Shown here piece by piece: positions 1 through 14,000 of a stretch of DNA of 64,000 nt (positions are counted from its first letter, which is position 1; each line of letters begins with the position of its first letter). The notes beneath the pieces were generated by a model. It made no database searches. It saw only the letters and a list, made by a program, of their open reading frames with translations, and was not told the DNA's origin. The stretch lies in the NCBI GenBank assembly GCA_043228905.1, contig JBHGNT010000008.1, positions 1,674,001-1,738,000 of the forward strand. Reading direction: 5' to 3'. Both the position numbers and the translations under genes were made by a program. Origin of the DNA: Azolla caroliniana. Lineage: Eukaryota > Plantae > Polypodiophyta.

Positions 1-423
1 TTGGGTATACCCTTTTTCCACGATGTTCGTGCCACCATTTCCTTTTTTGTTGAGCCAAATAACGTTAATTTCTCTTTCCTTTTTGTGCTTCTTTCAATTA
101 CAAATTTCACCCTAACCTTCTTCTCCTCCCAATAGTTTTCTTTTTTCGGTGCAAAGCTATCTCACAACTCATTGTAGTCTTCACCATATGACCCAACTTT
201 ATACCTTCTCTTTTATCGTCCGTCATTGAGATCCTCCCTTTCATTCATCCTTTCATTATATCTTGAACTTTTCCCTTCTTTCACTTTATTTTAGCTCAAA
301 TGTGGAGTGACTTTGTGTTGAGGGAGCAAGCTCAACCGAATCCGGATCGGCTGGATAAGCCAGAGCCGGATCATATCCGGATTGGTGTTTGGATGATATC
401 CGGAACCAGGAGCTGGATCGGAG

Positions 424-512
424 TGTTGGGGACAAGGTCATCAGTGCGGAAGAACAAACAACATTTGTGACGTTGAAGGACTTGTGTATGAGAATGAACA
501 AGATACACACAC

Positions 513-582
<70 letters not shown>

Positions 583-3500
583 GCACAAAGAAACGTTTTA
601 TTTCTTTATAGCAACAGTTACAAATGACAACCAACAACACTTACTAAAGGTTACAAAGTCACTTTATATAGTGACTATCCTAGGGCAACTGCCCTTTATG
701 CTATTTACAGAAATAGCCCAAACTTGGGCTGTCCAAAGGGACAGTGTGAATACGGCCATTATACATTCATATTCGACACTCCCCCGTAATGGGCGTATAC
801 ATGGGTTATCTGAAACTACAGGTATATACAAGGTTTATCAGATAGATCGGTTTTGTTCGAGTCGGCAAGATCTGAAGACAAAAGACCGAACCGGTCGGGT
901 CGGAAGAGCAGAAGCCGATCCTCAAAGGACTGATGTCGGTTGTCCAAAACCATCCTGTGTTGTGTGTCCGACTTTAACTAGAACGATTTTTCGTTACGCC
1001 CATCTGGTGCCGAAGGAACCGGAAGCGATCCGCCAAGAGACACTTGGTCATTCCATCTGCGACATTATCGGTTGTGGATATCTTCTCGAGACCGATTTTC
1101 CTTGAAATGACGCAGTCCCGAACAAAGTGATATCGAACGTCGATATGCTTGGAGGCGTTGTGGTGAACCGGATTTTTTGACAAAGCAACAACACCCTGAC
1201 TGTTGCTCTAGAAAACTGGAGCCGAGTTGCGGTTGACTTGTCGAAACGTGTGGCTCAGGCGACCGAGCCATAAAGCTTCTTTTGCCGCGTCGGACGCAGC
1301 TATATATTCCGCTTCGGTCGTTGAGGTGACTGTGCACTCTTGAAGTTTCGACTTACACAAGATTGCTCCATTTCCGAATGGGTTGTTGATTTCTGACTGT
1401 CCATGCAGCTGGCGAAGTCCGAGTCGGTGTAACCGACTACGCATGAGGTTGAGTTCGGGCCAAAGAGAATGCCGTGGTCTTTTGTGCCAGCTAGATATTT
1501 GAACACATGCTTGATTGCGTTCTAGTGCGATCGGCCTGGGTTGTGCATGAATCTGCTGACAACTCCTACGACATGAGAAATATCAGGCCGTGTCGTGACC
1601 ATCGCGTACATAAGGGAGCCGACTGCTGGTGCATACAGTACTGACTTCATATCTTCCCCCTCTAGACCGGATGTCGGGCAGTCTCGCTGAGACAACCGAA
1701 GGTTAATGGGGAGCGGGGTCAAAGCAGACTTGGCCGAGTGCATGTTGAAGCGTTCCAAGACACGTCCGATGTAGTCGGTTTGAGACAAGAAAAGTTGTCG
1801 TTTATTGCGATGCCGGCTAATCTTCATACCAAGTATGTGTCTTGCTAGACCGAGGTCCTTCCTGGCAAACTTCAACCGCAGTTTCCGAACGAGTTCGGTG
1901 AGCTCTCCAGCATGTCGGCCGGAGAGTAGCATGTCGTCCACGTAAATGATGAGGAAGACGAGAGACCTGTCTTGAGCTGTTTTGGTGAAGAGACAGTGGT
2001 CCTCATCGCTCTTGGAGAAGCCGACCGACTGGATGAGGTCGTTGAACTTCTTGTACCACTGTCTGGGTGCTTGTTTCAGGCCGTATAAACTCTTCTTGAG
2101 TCGGCAGACTAGATGTTCCTGGCCGGATGCCACAAAGCCTTTCAGCTACTCCATATAGATTTCCTCATGTAGGTCATTGTGGAGGAATGCCATTTTTACA
2201 TCTAGCTGAATCAGCTCCAAGTTGTCGGTGGCCATGGCGCCGAGCATGAAACAAAGGGTTGTCATTTTCACCACTGGTGAAAAGATTTCGTCGAAGCCGA
2301 CGCCATATTCTTGTCGAAATCCCTTCACAACTAATCTGGCCTTGTACTTTGGGTTGGTTGAGTCAGACGTCTCTTTTAGTTGATAGACCCACTTACACGG
2401 AAGAGCACGTCGATTCTCCGGTAATTCGACCAAGTCCCAAGTCTTGTTTGCGCAAATGGAGTGCATTTTCGACTCCATTGCTAGATGCCAGGTGGTTGAG
2501 TCGGCAGAAGCCGATGCTTCTTCGTAAGACATCGGTTCGCCAGCGTCGGTAAAGAAAATTCCGGTAGAGTACCTTTCCAGAGGTTGCGACAGTCTCTCGA
2601 ATCTTCGAGGTATGACTTGACTGGTCACACCAGATATAGGTGTCGGATGGTCGGAAGCCAAGCCATTCGGCTGTGTTGAATCGGTGGATTCAGGACAAGA
2701 GGTGTCGGTTACCTGTGAAACCGATCTCGTGTTGTGGGTTGGGCCTTCATGAAGGGTTGGCACTTCGGAAAATATTACCCTTCGGACTTCAATAGGCCTT
2801 TCGGCTGTTTTATGCATTGCCGACTTGTTGAACACGACGTCCGAACTTCGGACGATTTGTCTGTGGTCGGGGTCCCAGAGTCGGTATCTGATCTCGCCGT
2901 CGGGTCCATATCCAAGGAAAATGCATTTCCTTGATCTTGGTTTGAGCTTCCGGCGGTCTCGCAACCGAAGATCCTCAGCTGGTCATAATTCAGCTTACTA
3001 TCGGTCCATGTTTCCTGAGGTATTTTAAGTCCTAGAGGTCTACTTGGCGACATAGTTATTATGTGTACTGCCATAAGTAGAGCCTCCGCCCAAAAGCCAT
3101 CTGACAATCCGGAGTGTTGGAGCATGGACACTATGTGTTCTTGAATCGTCTGATTCATGCGTTCAGCAATTCCATTATGCTCTGGACTATAGGGTGCCGT
3201 ATATTCACGTCGAATGCCGCGTTCTCGGCAAAATTTGACGAATCCGTCAGACTTGAATTCTCTTCCATTATCGTTTTGGAGACATTTTAGTTTCCGACCG
3301 GTGAGGTTTTCGACCATTGCAAGCCATTCGGAGAAGATCGAGAACACTCGATCTTTGGTTCTAATGGGGTAAGCCCACACCTTTTGAGTCGAGTCGTCAA
3401 TAAAACTGACGAAATACGAAGCACCACCAAGAGATTGATGTGGCATCGGGCCACAGACGTCCGAGTGGACCAAATCGAGGGGACTTGATTCTCTTGGTGC

Positions 3501-5649
3501 TGATGTCGGGTGTGATGCAACTACCTGTTTGCCGTATTGGCAATGCTCGCAGAATTGGTGGTCCGAGAATGAGAGCTTGGAGATGTAACCGGCTCTGGAT
3601 AGGTGCGTTATGCCGGCCTTGTTGAGGTGTCGAAGTCGTCCGTGCCATAACGACGACACGGGGATATCAACCAAAAATAAGTCACCCTCTTTGAGTGTGA
3701 CATATAAAGGGTACAGTGAGTGTACCTTTGGTCCTCGAGCAAGCAGGAGGTTCCCTTTGTGGAGTGTCCACCCTCTTGATGAGAACTTGGCACGGATGTC
3801 GGTTTCATCATCAAGGGTCTTGTAAGCTCAGGAACGTGTCGGACGTTCTGTAGTACGAGTGTAGAGCCACCTGGAAGGTTAAGCTCTACGGTGCCGATTC
3901 CGATTATGGCACAGTGTGGCGAGTTCCCGACTTGAACTGAATCGGAGTGCCGGTTTGAGTATTGCCGAAATTGAGATCGATGAGGTGTCACATGATACGA
4001 TGCGCTTGAGTCCAGGAGCCATGTGCTCGATTCCTCAGTCGTAAGCAAAACTTTTGATTCGACTGGGTTCTCTATGGACAATATGTTCGGGTCGGTCGTC
4101 AAAATTTTGGCTGAAGAGCCGACGTAGTTGACCTCCTCATGCCGGCTACTCTTTTGATCCGCTCTCTGAGCTTTGTCGGTTTTTGCTTTGAGTGCTCGAC
4201 AGTCAGCTTTGATGTGTCCCGGTTTCTTGCAGTAGTTGCAGATTAAGTTGTCCCGGGACTTGCTTCGGCTTCGCTGATTGTTCAGCGGTCGAGAAGAACT
4301 TCTTCCCCGGTTGTTCGATCGGTCGGTCGAACCTTGTACTATGTAAGCTTCATTTGCCGAGTCTTTGGCGAAAGACATTCTCCGAGCTGTTTCAATCAGG
4401 ATTGCGCTCATGATTTCAGAGTACTTAATGGCAGTTGTTGAAGCATTGCACACGGTTGTGACGAAAGTTTCCCAAGAAGAGGGGAGATTACTCATGAGTA
4501 TCATTACTCTGAGTTCATCCTCTATTGCCGTCCCCTGAGACGATATTTGGGAGCTTAGGCTTTCGTACTTGTTGAGGTGTGCTTGAACCGAATCCGATTC
4601 TTTCATCTGCAAGTTGTAGAGGCGCCAGATCAGATACATCTTCGTTGCGGCGACCTTCTTTTCATAAGTTTCCGACAACATTTTCCAAAGTTCAAAAGCT
4701 GTCGAGCATGATTGCACTGTGAAGTACATTGACATCGACAAGTGCATCCGAATCGTGGTGCAGACGATTTTGTCAAGATTTAGCCACTCGTTTGCTTTGT
4801 ATGCTTTTGGAGGATTTTCACTCTCAATCGGGTCTATCTGACCCTTGACTATGAGATAGTCCTGCATTTGTTCCATCCAGAAGTTGAAGTTCGAACCGTT
4901 GAACCTCCTTAGACTCATCTCCGATGAGCTAGATGTTGATGCCATCTGATTCGGTTTCGGTTGGTAAGACTCTGTTCGGAGTTGACTAGGAACCTTAGTT
5001 GGGTGCAGCCAGTCGGCTCACCCGATATCGTTCTAGTCAGTCTTGAACCCGAGTCGGTTTGGTTTCGGATACTTGTTTGCTGAGCCTTCTTGGAGTGACT
5101 CCAGTTAGCTTCCGATTGTATGCCGAATACTGATCACAAGAAACCGATTGTTTAGGCTGATTCTGCTTCGGATGACTGCAGCGATGAGAGGGACGGATCC
5201 AACTGATCCTCCCGAATGTCGATCAGCCGAATGAAGCACGAATTTGGTTGTTGCCTAGAGACCAATCTGCAGTGGGTGGTTACAATAGGCGGGTGAATAG
5301 CGTCCGGTGACCTATTCGGATGTTGTTTAACCAAATGAAGCACGATTGGGTTGGGTGTTGCACAAGGAGCTCACCTCAAGTGGTTACTATCATAGGAACA
5401 GAATACAACCGACTAGATTACTCCAATTAGTGATTTAACACAATGAGATGCAAACTTCTTGTTTGTCTTCTCTTTTCTCTGTTCTTCAAGAAAAATAGAA
5501 ACATAATGTTGTGTGGTGTACTATGATGGCCGACAACGCGTTGAAGAACCTCCAATGCCCTGATTCCAAATGTTGGGAACAAGGTCATCAATGCGGAAGA
5601 ACAAACAACATTTGTGATGTTGAAGGACCTGTGTATGAGAATGAACAAG

Positions 5650-5705
<56 letters not shown>

Positions 5706-5901
5706 GCACAAAGAAACGTTTTATTTCTTTATAGCAACAGTTACAAATGACAACCAACAACACATACTAAAGGTTACAAAGTCACTTTATATAGTGACTA
5801 TCCTAGGGCAACTGCCCTTTATGCTATTTACAGAAATAGCCCAAACTTGGGCTCTCCAAAGGGACAATGTGAATACGGCCATTATACACTTGTATTCGAC
5901 A
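424..5901 (-). mobile_element. Ty1/copia LTR retrotransposon (element C1), nested in the C2 5' LTR
   Basis: LTRs 424-778 and 5571-5901 (TGTTGG...TCGACA, with an internal (GA)n). TSD CGGAG/TGGAG. Met-type PBS variant TGGAATCAGGGC at 5557-5568 (-); PPT (CTCCCCC on +) 779-785. Confidence 0.95.
974..4945 (-). pseudogene. copia gag-pol of C1 (gag zinc knuckle, protease, integrase, RT, RNase H), frameshifted
   Basis: CNYCKKPGHIKADC and WLLDSSAS in 3608-4945; HSDVCGP/FIDDS in 2775-3674; YGLKQAPRQW/YVDDML in 1522-2133; KHIDVRYHFVRD in 974-1183. Confidence 0.92.
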
Positions 5902-6322
5902 TGGAGAGCCGAACCCACGTGTGTACTGATAGGCTGTTTAGAGGTCTACGCTTCTAGATTACTAGGTAGTCATGGTTCTCGTAGTTAGTGTTAGCCGCTC
6001 GTATGAGCATTGAAGTACATATTACTTCTGTCAGTCCCTTGTGGAGTTGTATAAAGAGTGCTCACTAAGCACATCCCATGTACAGAGAGTTATTATTTTG
6101 AATTTAGTTTATGGTTTTTGCTGTCTCTCCTGTGTATTCCTTGTTCTTAAGCTTCCATTAAACCTTCATTCTCTGATTTATGTTACTATCCGGATAAACC
6201 GGTTTGTTAAAGCTTCCGCGTATTAACTTTGACATGGTATCAGAGCGCGAGGTTTGAGAACCTCCGCAACCGACGAGCGATTACTGAAGACAATCACTAA
6301 CAATCGGTAAACAGAGAAAGAT

Positions 6323-9300
6323 GGATAGAGGTATGGCAAACTCGCTTCCAACAAAGAAGCTTGACAGACACAACTATGTATCTTCGTTGTACAAGATGCA
6401 CCAGTATTTGCTCGGACATGGATACTGGAGTTATGTTGAGGGTGCGAATTAAACAGTGCCGGAATCGTCACAAAAGGAGTTCCTGGCATGGGAACAAGGA
6501 GCAAGTAGAGTTCTATACTACCTTGCATCCTCCGTGCATGACCAGATGATTGGTTACATTAGAGATGCTAAGACGCCGAAACAGGCCTATGAAAATTTGA
6601 AAAAGATTTTTGCCTCAAGTACCTTAGCCCGCAAGCTACAACTTCGGCAAGAACTGAACAATTTCCGACAAAAGGATATGTCAGTTTTAGACTATACCGT
6701 GAAGATAAAGGAGATTTGTGACGCCTTACTACATGTTCCGAGAATCACAAAGAACCCGATGTTGGTCGGGCAAATCGTTGACCAGGGGTTGCAGGTGCAG
6801 TTCACGCACCTCGGGTGCTTCGTAGAGGAAGAAGGCCGGATAATCGTGCAAGGGCGTAGGGACGGGAGGATGTTCATCCTCAATATCAATGGCATCGGCA
6901 CCACTATGTTCGCAAAAGGACAGAAGATCGAATCAAACATCGATCTCTGGCACAAGTGGATCATCCACGTCAACCACCGTAGGCTTTAGGACCTGCAATC
7001 GAAACAAGTTGTTTTCGGATTGCTGAAATTTAGTGGCTGGAAGGCCCAAATTTGTGAAGCTTTCCAACTCAAGAAGAAACACCGACTTCCCTTCCCCACC
7101 GAAAGAAACTGGAGCCATAACAATCTCGATCTAATACATTTAGATGTATGGGGACCGGGACAGAATGTTATTCTCGGCGGGAGCCGATATTTCGTCTCAT
7201 TCATCGACGACTATAGCCGGCACACATGGATCTACCTCATCGAGAAGAAAAGCGAAGTCTTCAATAGTTTTTGGAACCTGCAAAGTCTTGTTGAATGGGA
7301 AACGGAGAGGAAGATCAAGTGCCTACAATCGGATGGCAGAAAAGAATATTTTTCCGGCCAATTCAACAATTATCTGCAGTAGAAAGGAATTCAGAGAGAA
7401 TTCAATTGTTGATACACACCGGAACAAAATGGTGTGACCGAAAGGAAGAACTGGTTGATCATCGACACGGCATGGGCAATGCTGGAAGAGAAGAGCATGC
7501 CCAAGTTCTATTAGGCCGAAGCAGTCAAGACGGTCATCTACATCTAAAACCGGATCGGGGATAAGGTGTCAGCCCATGAGTTGTACTTCGGGAGGAAGCG
7601 AAATTTAAGGCACCTTAAGATATTCGGTAGCATTGCATATGTGCATGTGCCGGATGAGAAGCGGAGAAAGCTAGACCCGAAGTCGAGGAGTGCATCCTTG
7701 TTGGCTACTCACATGAGCAAAAGGGTTATAAGTGATATAACCCCCAAACAAAACAAGTTCGAGTGAGCCAAGATGTCGAATTCGATGATTCGGCATTATG
7801 GTACTCTCTATCGACTCTGATGTCCAACTCTGACCCTATTCTTGAGGATGAGGCTAGTGAGCCCAAAACGATCCGGGTAGAAGATGAGAGTCCGATCTCA
7901 TTCCGGCTAAGTGGGCCGAATGAGCGACTGAGTTGCGATGACCAGTCAAATGAAGAGCCGGCGAGTAGTGACGACTCGGCCGTGCACTCCCTGCACAAGG
8001 AACTGAGGAGATGGTTCACGCGCAAAGAAAAGGGGAAGACAAAGATGCGTAAATACGACACCGGCAGAGACGAGTCGGATTGGAGCAGATCCGACTCCGG
8101 ACAGATCGAAGATGGACCTTCGGAGGAGAAGTTCGAGTCGACCAAGAAGGCCAAGAAATTGGCAGAGCAGAAACTTCGCCGATCCACCTGCTAGAAGAAC
8201 CCCGTAAAAAGGTACGAGTACAATGCATATATGGCACATCATTATGCGTACATGGTGAAGGTGGTAGCCATGCGTGAGCCGGAGAGCTACCTAGAAGCGG
8301 CGAAGGACGCAAATTTGCGTGCCGCTATGGTGGACATATCGAAAGGAGTGAAGCCGATTAGTTGGCGGTGGGTATACAAAGTTAAATACAACACTGACGG
8401 CTCTGTCAACAGATACAAGGCCTGGTTAGTGGCAAATGACAACGTGTAGTAGCACGACCTCAACTACGATGGGGCATTTGCGCCGATCGCAAAGATGACG
8501 ATTGTCCGTGTCTTACTTGTGGTGGTTGCGGCGAAGGGGTGGCATCTACATCAGATCGATGTAAAGAACGTGTTCCTACAAGACGATATTTAGGAACAAG
8601 TGTATATGGTTCAGCCCCTCGGATTTTAGTCCGACATGGATACATTGGCAGTGTGCCGATTGAAGAAGTCCCTCTACGAACTCAAGAAAGCCCCACACGC
8701 CTGGAATGTGAAGATCACACAGAGATTGCGTCGGATGGGGTTTGCTCCGCGAAATCAGACTCCTCTCTCTTCATCTAGCAGGGTTAGAATGGGCTGGTTA
8801 ATATTTTACTTTATGTTGATGATTTAGTCATCGCTGGTGCCGACCTGGATGAAATCAACCGCGTCAAGTCCCAACTTGTGGCATTGTTCGACATGAAGGA
8901 TCTTGGGAACCTTCATTACTTCCTCGGGATTGAAGTGATCCGCACCTCGGAGGGCATACTGATCAGTCAACGGCATTATGTGCTGAGTATGCACTTCAAA
9001 TTCAGTAGGACGGAATGCAAATCCGTCTCAACCACTTTGGACCGGAACGTGAAGCTTTGTCCTGACTCTGGAATGGCATGCGACCCAAAAAGGTTCAGAC
9101 AGATAGTTGGAAGCCTTATCTATCTGAACATCACCCAGCCGGACCTCAGTTATCCAGTTGGATTGATCAGTCAATTTATGGTGCATCCGATCGTGGAGCA
9201 CCTTCAATGCGCACACCGAATCCCGCGATATGTTAGCGGCACTAAGGACAGGGGGTTGTTGTATCAGACCGGTGTATCTAGACAATTTGTCAGCTACATG

Positions 9301-9700
9301 GATACCGATTGGGCCAGAAACGCCGAAGAACGTAGGTCTACATCTGGATATGCGTTTTCACTTGGAAGCATCGCGATCTCTTGGAGCAGTAAGAAGCAAC
9401 CGATAGTTGCACTGTTGAGCACTGAGGCTGAGTACCGAGGAGTGGCTGTCGTGACATGCGAAGCCATATGGCTCAAGAGGCTCCTAAAGGATTTGCAGGT
9501 GGAGGTATCGTATCCGACGGTGATCTATTGAGATAACCTCAACAACATCCAGTTGGCTAAGAACCCTGTCTTTCATGCTCAAACTAAGCACATCGAGGTC
9601 CATTATCATTTTGTCTGAGAGCACGTTCTCTCCGGTGAAGTGGAACTAGTGTATGTTCCGACGGATTGACAGGTGGCTGATATCTTCACCAAATCCCTAG
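6323..9700 (+). pseudogene. copia gag-pol of C2, with many stops/frameshifts and a deletion of the gag C-terminus and protease
   Basis: ORFs 6456-6989 (gag RKLQLRQEL fused to HVP...GAG-pre-integrase), 7020-7382 (integrase) and 8878-9531 (RT/RNase H, STEAEY). Confidence 0.9.
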
Positions 9701-11064
9701 GCTTAAAAGTTGGAGTGCACGAGACGACTGAAGAAGCCAAGACCGGACGCAAGGGGAGCTACCGAAACAGGGAGCCTAAGTCAAAGCCAACCGAAAAAAG
9801 GGGAGGCAAAGCCGGAAAGGCCAAGATCAAGACATGGGCAGATGTGGTCAAGGGCCTGGAAGAGGACGAATTGGAGACAACCAATTCGGACAAGAGCTGG
9901 AATGAATTGGAGGAAGCCGATTCACGAGAGGAGTTTGATTTGGAGGAGCCAAATCAACTAGAGGCCAAACGGACAAGAAGGCAGTGGAAGTAGACACCGA
10001 CACGGAGGAACCGACGGGTCGAGAAGCACCGAAGTCGCAACAACGAAGGAGTTGAGATGGGCCTGTTGAGTAGATAAACCGACCGAGAAGGTTGAGGAGT
10101 GCAGAATCAGATGGGTCATAGAAGGAGGAACCGGACCGGACGAGGAACACGAGCGAGGCAGGAGGACACCAGAAGGAGCCGGACGAAAGAACTGGCTGCC
10201 CCAAACACTAACACCACGATCCAACCTGATGTTGAGCTTGAGGGGGAATGTTGAGTGAGCAAGCTCAACCGTATCCAGATCGGCTGGATAAGCCAGAGCC
10301 GGATCGTATCCGGATCAATGTTCGGAACCAGGAGTCGGATGGCGATCGAGGAGCCGGATCGGAGAGCCGGACCCACATGTGTACTAGTAGACCGTTTAGA
10401 GGTCAACGCTTCTAGGCTACTAGGTAGTCATGGTCCTTGTAGTTAGTGTCAGCCACTTGTATGAGCATTGTAGTACATAGTACTTCTGTCAGTCCCTTGT
10501 GGACTTGTATAAAGAGTGCTCACTAAACACATCCCATGTATAGAGAGTTATTATTTTGAATTTAGTTTATGCTTTCTGCTCTCTCTCTCTCTCTGCCTCT
10601 CGTGTGTATTCTTTGTTCTTAAGCTTTCATTAAACCTTCATTCTTTGTTTTATGTTACTATCCGGATAAACCAGTTTGTCAAAGCTTTCGCGTATTAACT
10701 TTGACACTTTGCAAATTGATCTTGCCTCAAAAGTCATAATCCATTGTATTCATCTCATATATATGTGCTCATTGTGAAGGTCTCTATCAACCTCCTTTTG
10801 ATATACCAGGGAATCACATTTCCTACTTATAAGAGAGTTACTATTTTTATTTCACACATATCACATAATCTTCCGCGGTTTAATCACATACGTGATAATC
10901 ATTAACTTCTCACATAATTAGATATTATTTAACCCTAAGATAATTACCTATTTATTAACATGTTCTAATGAATGACACAAAAGTGGAAATTGGCAAGGGC
11001 AAACTGACACGGAATGCTAACTTACGGTGGCAAGAAAGGCCACCGGGAAAGCAAGTGTTGGAAG

Positions 11065-14000
11065 TGACGGGAACTGCAACGCTCCTTATGCGCAACGCTC
11101 GGCCACAACCGAGCTTAGAATCATACACAGAAAACAGGAAACAAAAAAAAACACGCGACACAAAGGAGAGAAGAGTACACAAGATGTTTAACGTGGAAAA
11201 CCCCAAACTGGGGAAAAACCACGGCAGCCCATAGGTTGCAAACTATCACTAGGTTAGTATGTACAGCAGTGAGTTCACGGAGGCAACGACCTCGTGCTCA
11301 CGATCTTCGCCATAGGCGGCGGTTACAACAGAGGCAACGACCTCTTTCTCTCTCTCTCTCTCTCTCTGTACACTATTACGTGCTCTCTCTTCTTCTTCTT
11401 GCACCAACAAGAAAAATAACAACAACAGTTAATAAAAGTTTGCCCTAAGTCATATTTATACTAATATGACTTTTTGGCTATTTACAAATATAGCCTCGAT
11501 GGACTCTCAGAAACATATTTACGAATATGTCTCTTCATTCGGTTCTCACCGGGTCTGCACCATCCGGCTCTCCGTAGCCGGGTACTCCTCATCCGGATCT
11601 CACCGGGTCTGCACCATCCGGCTCTCCGTAGCCGGGTACTCCTCATCCGGTTCTCATCGGGTCTGCGTCATCCGGCTCTCCGTAGCCAGGTACTCCTCAT
11701 CCGGTTCTCACCGGGTCTGCGTCATCCGGCTCTCCATAGCCAAGTACTCCTCATCCGGTTCTGACCAGGTCTGCGTCATCCGGCTCTCCGTAGCCGGGTA
11801 CTCCTCATCCGGTTTCGGCCTCGGCCGAGTTTGTTCATCGGCACTGTTCTTCTCTCTTCCCATCCGGAGGGACCTGTCTCCCAACAAACTCCCCCTTCAC
11901 TCCGGCATGGGGTGTCTTACTAGTCCGATCCTCTTCCGGCATGCATTCAGATTGTCGGGTATTAGAACTTTGGTTAGCATATCTGACCCGTTCTCGGCCG
12001 TGTGGATCTTCGTCAGTGCGAACTCCTGGTCATCTACTCTTTCCCGGATCCAGTGATATCTTCGCTGGATATGCTTTGTCCGGGAATGGTAGGCCGCATT
12101 CTTAGCAAGATGGATGGCTCTTTGACTGTCACAATAGAGTCGATATTCATCTTGCCGGATACCGAGCTCTCCGATGAAGTCCTTCATCCATAATATTTCC
12201 TTGCCGGCTTCCACAGCTGCCATGTACTCCGCCTCTGTGGTTGACAATGCAACCGTCTTCTGCAACCTCGACTGCCACGAAACAGCTCCCCTTGCATATG
12301 TCATTACATACCCGGATGTAGACCGGCTGGTATCCACATCAGCCGACATGTCCGAATCGGTGAAACCGTCAAGTTGAGGTTTTCCGGAGCCGAATCGGAG
12401 ACACATATTTGAAGTGCCCTTCAAATACCGGAGTATCCATTTGACCGCGTTCCAGTGCTCCTTGCCGGGATTGCTCATGAACCGGCTCACCACTCCGACT
12501 GCGTATCCAATGTCCGGTCGGGTACAAACCATTGCGTACATCAAGCTCCCGACGGCAGAGGCATATGGAATCGTCACCATATCCGCCTTCTCTGCTTTCG
12601 TCTTCGGGCTTTGCTTACCGGATAGCTTTCAGTTTGCCGGAAGTTTCGATCCGACCGGTTTCGCATCTGTCATGTTGAACCAGTGAAGCACCTTTGTCAC
12701 GTACTTCTCCTGTGACAGCCATAATTGCTTCGCTGACCGGTCCCGAATGATGTGCATCCCCAACATCTGTCTTGCCGGACCCAAGTCTTTCATTGAGAAG
12801 GTCCGGTTGAGAGCCTTCTTCAGCATCCGTATTTTGACTTGGTCCCGTCCGACGATCAACATGTTGTCCACGTACAGAAGGAGTATCAGGAAGTTGCCTC
12901 CTTCGAACTTCTTCTCAAACACGCAGTGATCGGCCTGCGTCTTGTGGTACCCTTGATCGGTCATGAAGTAGTTGAACTTCCGGTACCATTGCCAGGGGGC
13001 CTGCTTTAACCCGTAGAGGCTCTTATTCAACCGGCAAACCAGGTGCTCCTTCCCTTTCTCCACGAATCCTTCCGGTTGCTGCATGTAGATCTCTTCTTCG
13101 AGGTCACCATGAAGGAATGCCGTCTTCACGTCTAGCTGCTCTACCTCGAGGTCCATGCTGGCCGCTATACTCAGCACCGTTCGGATGGAGGTCATCTTTA
13201 CTATCGGGGCAAATATCTCGTTGAAGTCCACGCCCTTCTTCTGCTGGAACCCCTTCACTACGATCTTGGCTTTGTATCTCGGGGGGTTGCTGGCATCTCC
13301 CGGTTTCAACTTGTACACCCACTTGTTTCGGAGTGCCCGCTTTCCTTTCAGCAACTCCACCAATTCGTACGTATGGTTCTCATGCAGGGAATCCATCTCA
13401 TCTTGCATGGCACTTAACCATTTTCGGTTGTGGGTGTCTTCCTTCGCTTCTTCGAAGCTTTTCGGCTCCCCCTCATCGGTGAGCAGAACATGCTCTGGAT
13501 CCGGAAATCTCCGGGGGGCCCTTCTCTCTCTGAGAGGATATCTCCGTCTCTGGGCTTCGGTAACCGGCTCCTCCATTTGCTCTTCATCCGAATCCGATTC
13601 GGGGTATTGGCCGGTTCCAGATTCGGCTTCCTCTACTTCTTCTTCAGCCTGTTCGGTATCCTCACCGTAATCGTCTGGTCCCTCGAGTGTTAACCGGTCT
13701 CTTGCCGGTTGGGTCTACTCATCGTAGAGTCGATCCTTACCGGTCGACTCGGAGTTCATTATCTTCTTCTCCGACTCCCAGTCGGCGAGCGTCTTGTTCC
13801 CCATGAAGATAATATCGCGACTCCGGAATACCTTCTTGTCAACCAGGTCCCACACTCGGTAGCCGAACTCATCGTCACCGTAACCGAGGAATATGCATGG
13901 CTGGGTCTTTGGATCTAACTTTCCTCTTCGGTCCTTAGCTACATGCACGTACGCGAGACATCCAAATACCTTCAGATGCCGGTAGGACACTTCCTTACCG

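Larger units (their letters stand above)
316..10706 (+). mobile_element. Ty1/copia LTR retrotransposon, degenerate (element C2), with element C1 inserted in its 5' LTR
   Basis: 5' LTR 316-6234 (interrupted by 424-5901) and 3' LTR 10249-10706 both run TGTTGAG...TTTGACA. Perfect 5-bp TSD CTTTG (311-315 / 10707-10711). PBS TGGTATCAGAGC 6235-6246; PPT GAGGGGGAA ~10240-10248. Fragmented gag, integrase (HLDVWGP, FIDDYSR), RT and RNase H ORFs. Confidence 0.95.

Noticed and set aside
286-1105. ORFs with poly-(SL)/(RE) tracts (also ~5427-5988, 23344, 28365, 54251, 59066)
   Set aside because: They are translations of (GA)n microsatellites inside LTRs.
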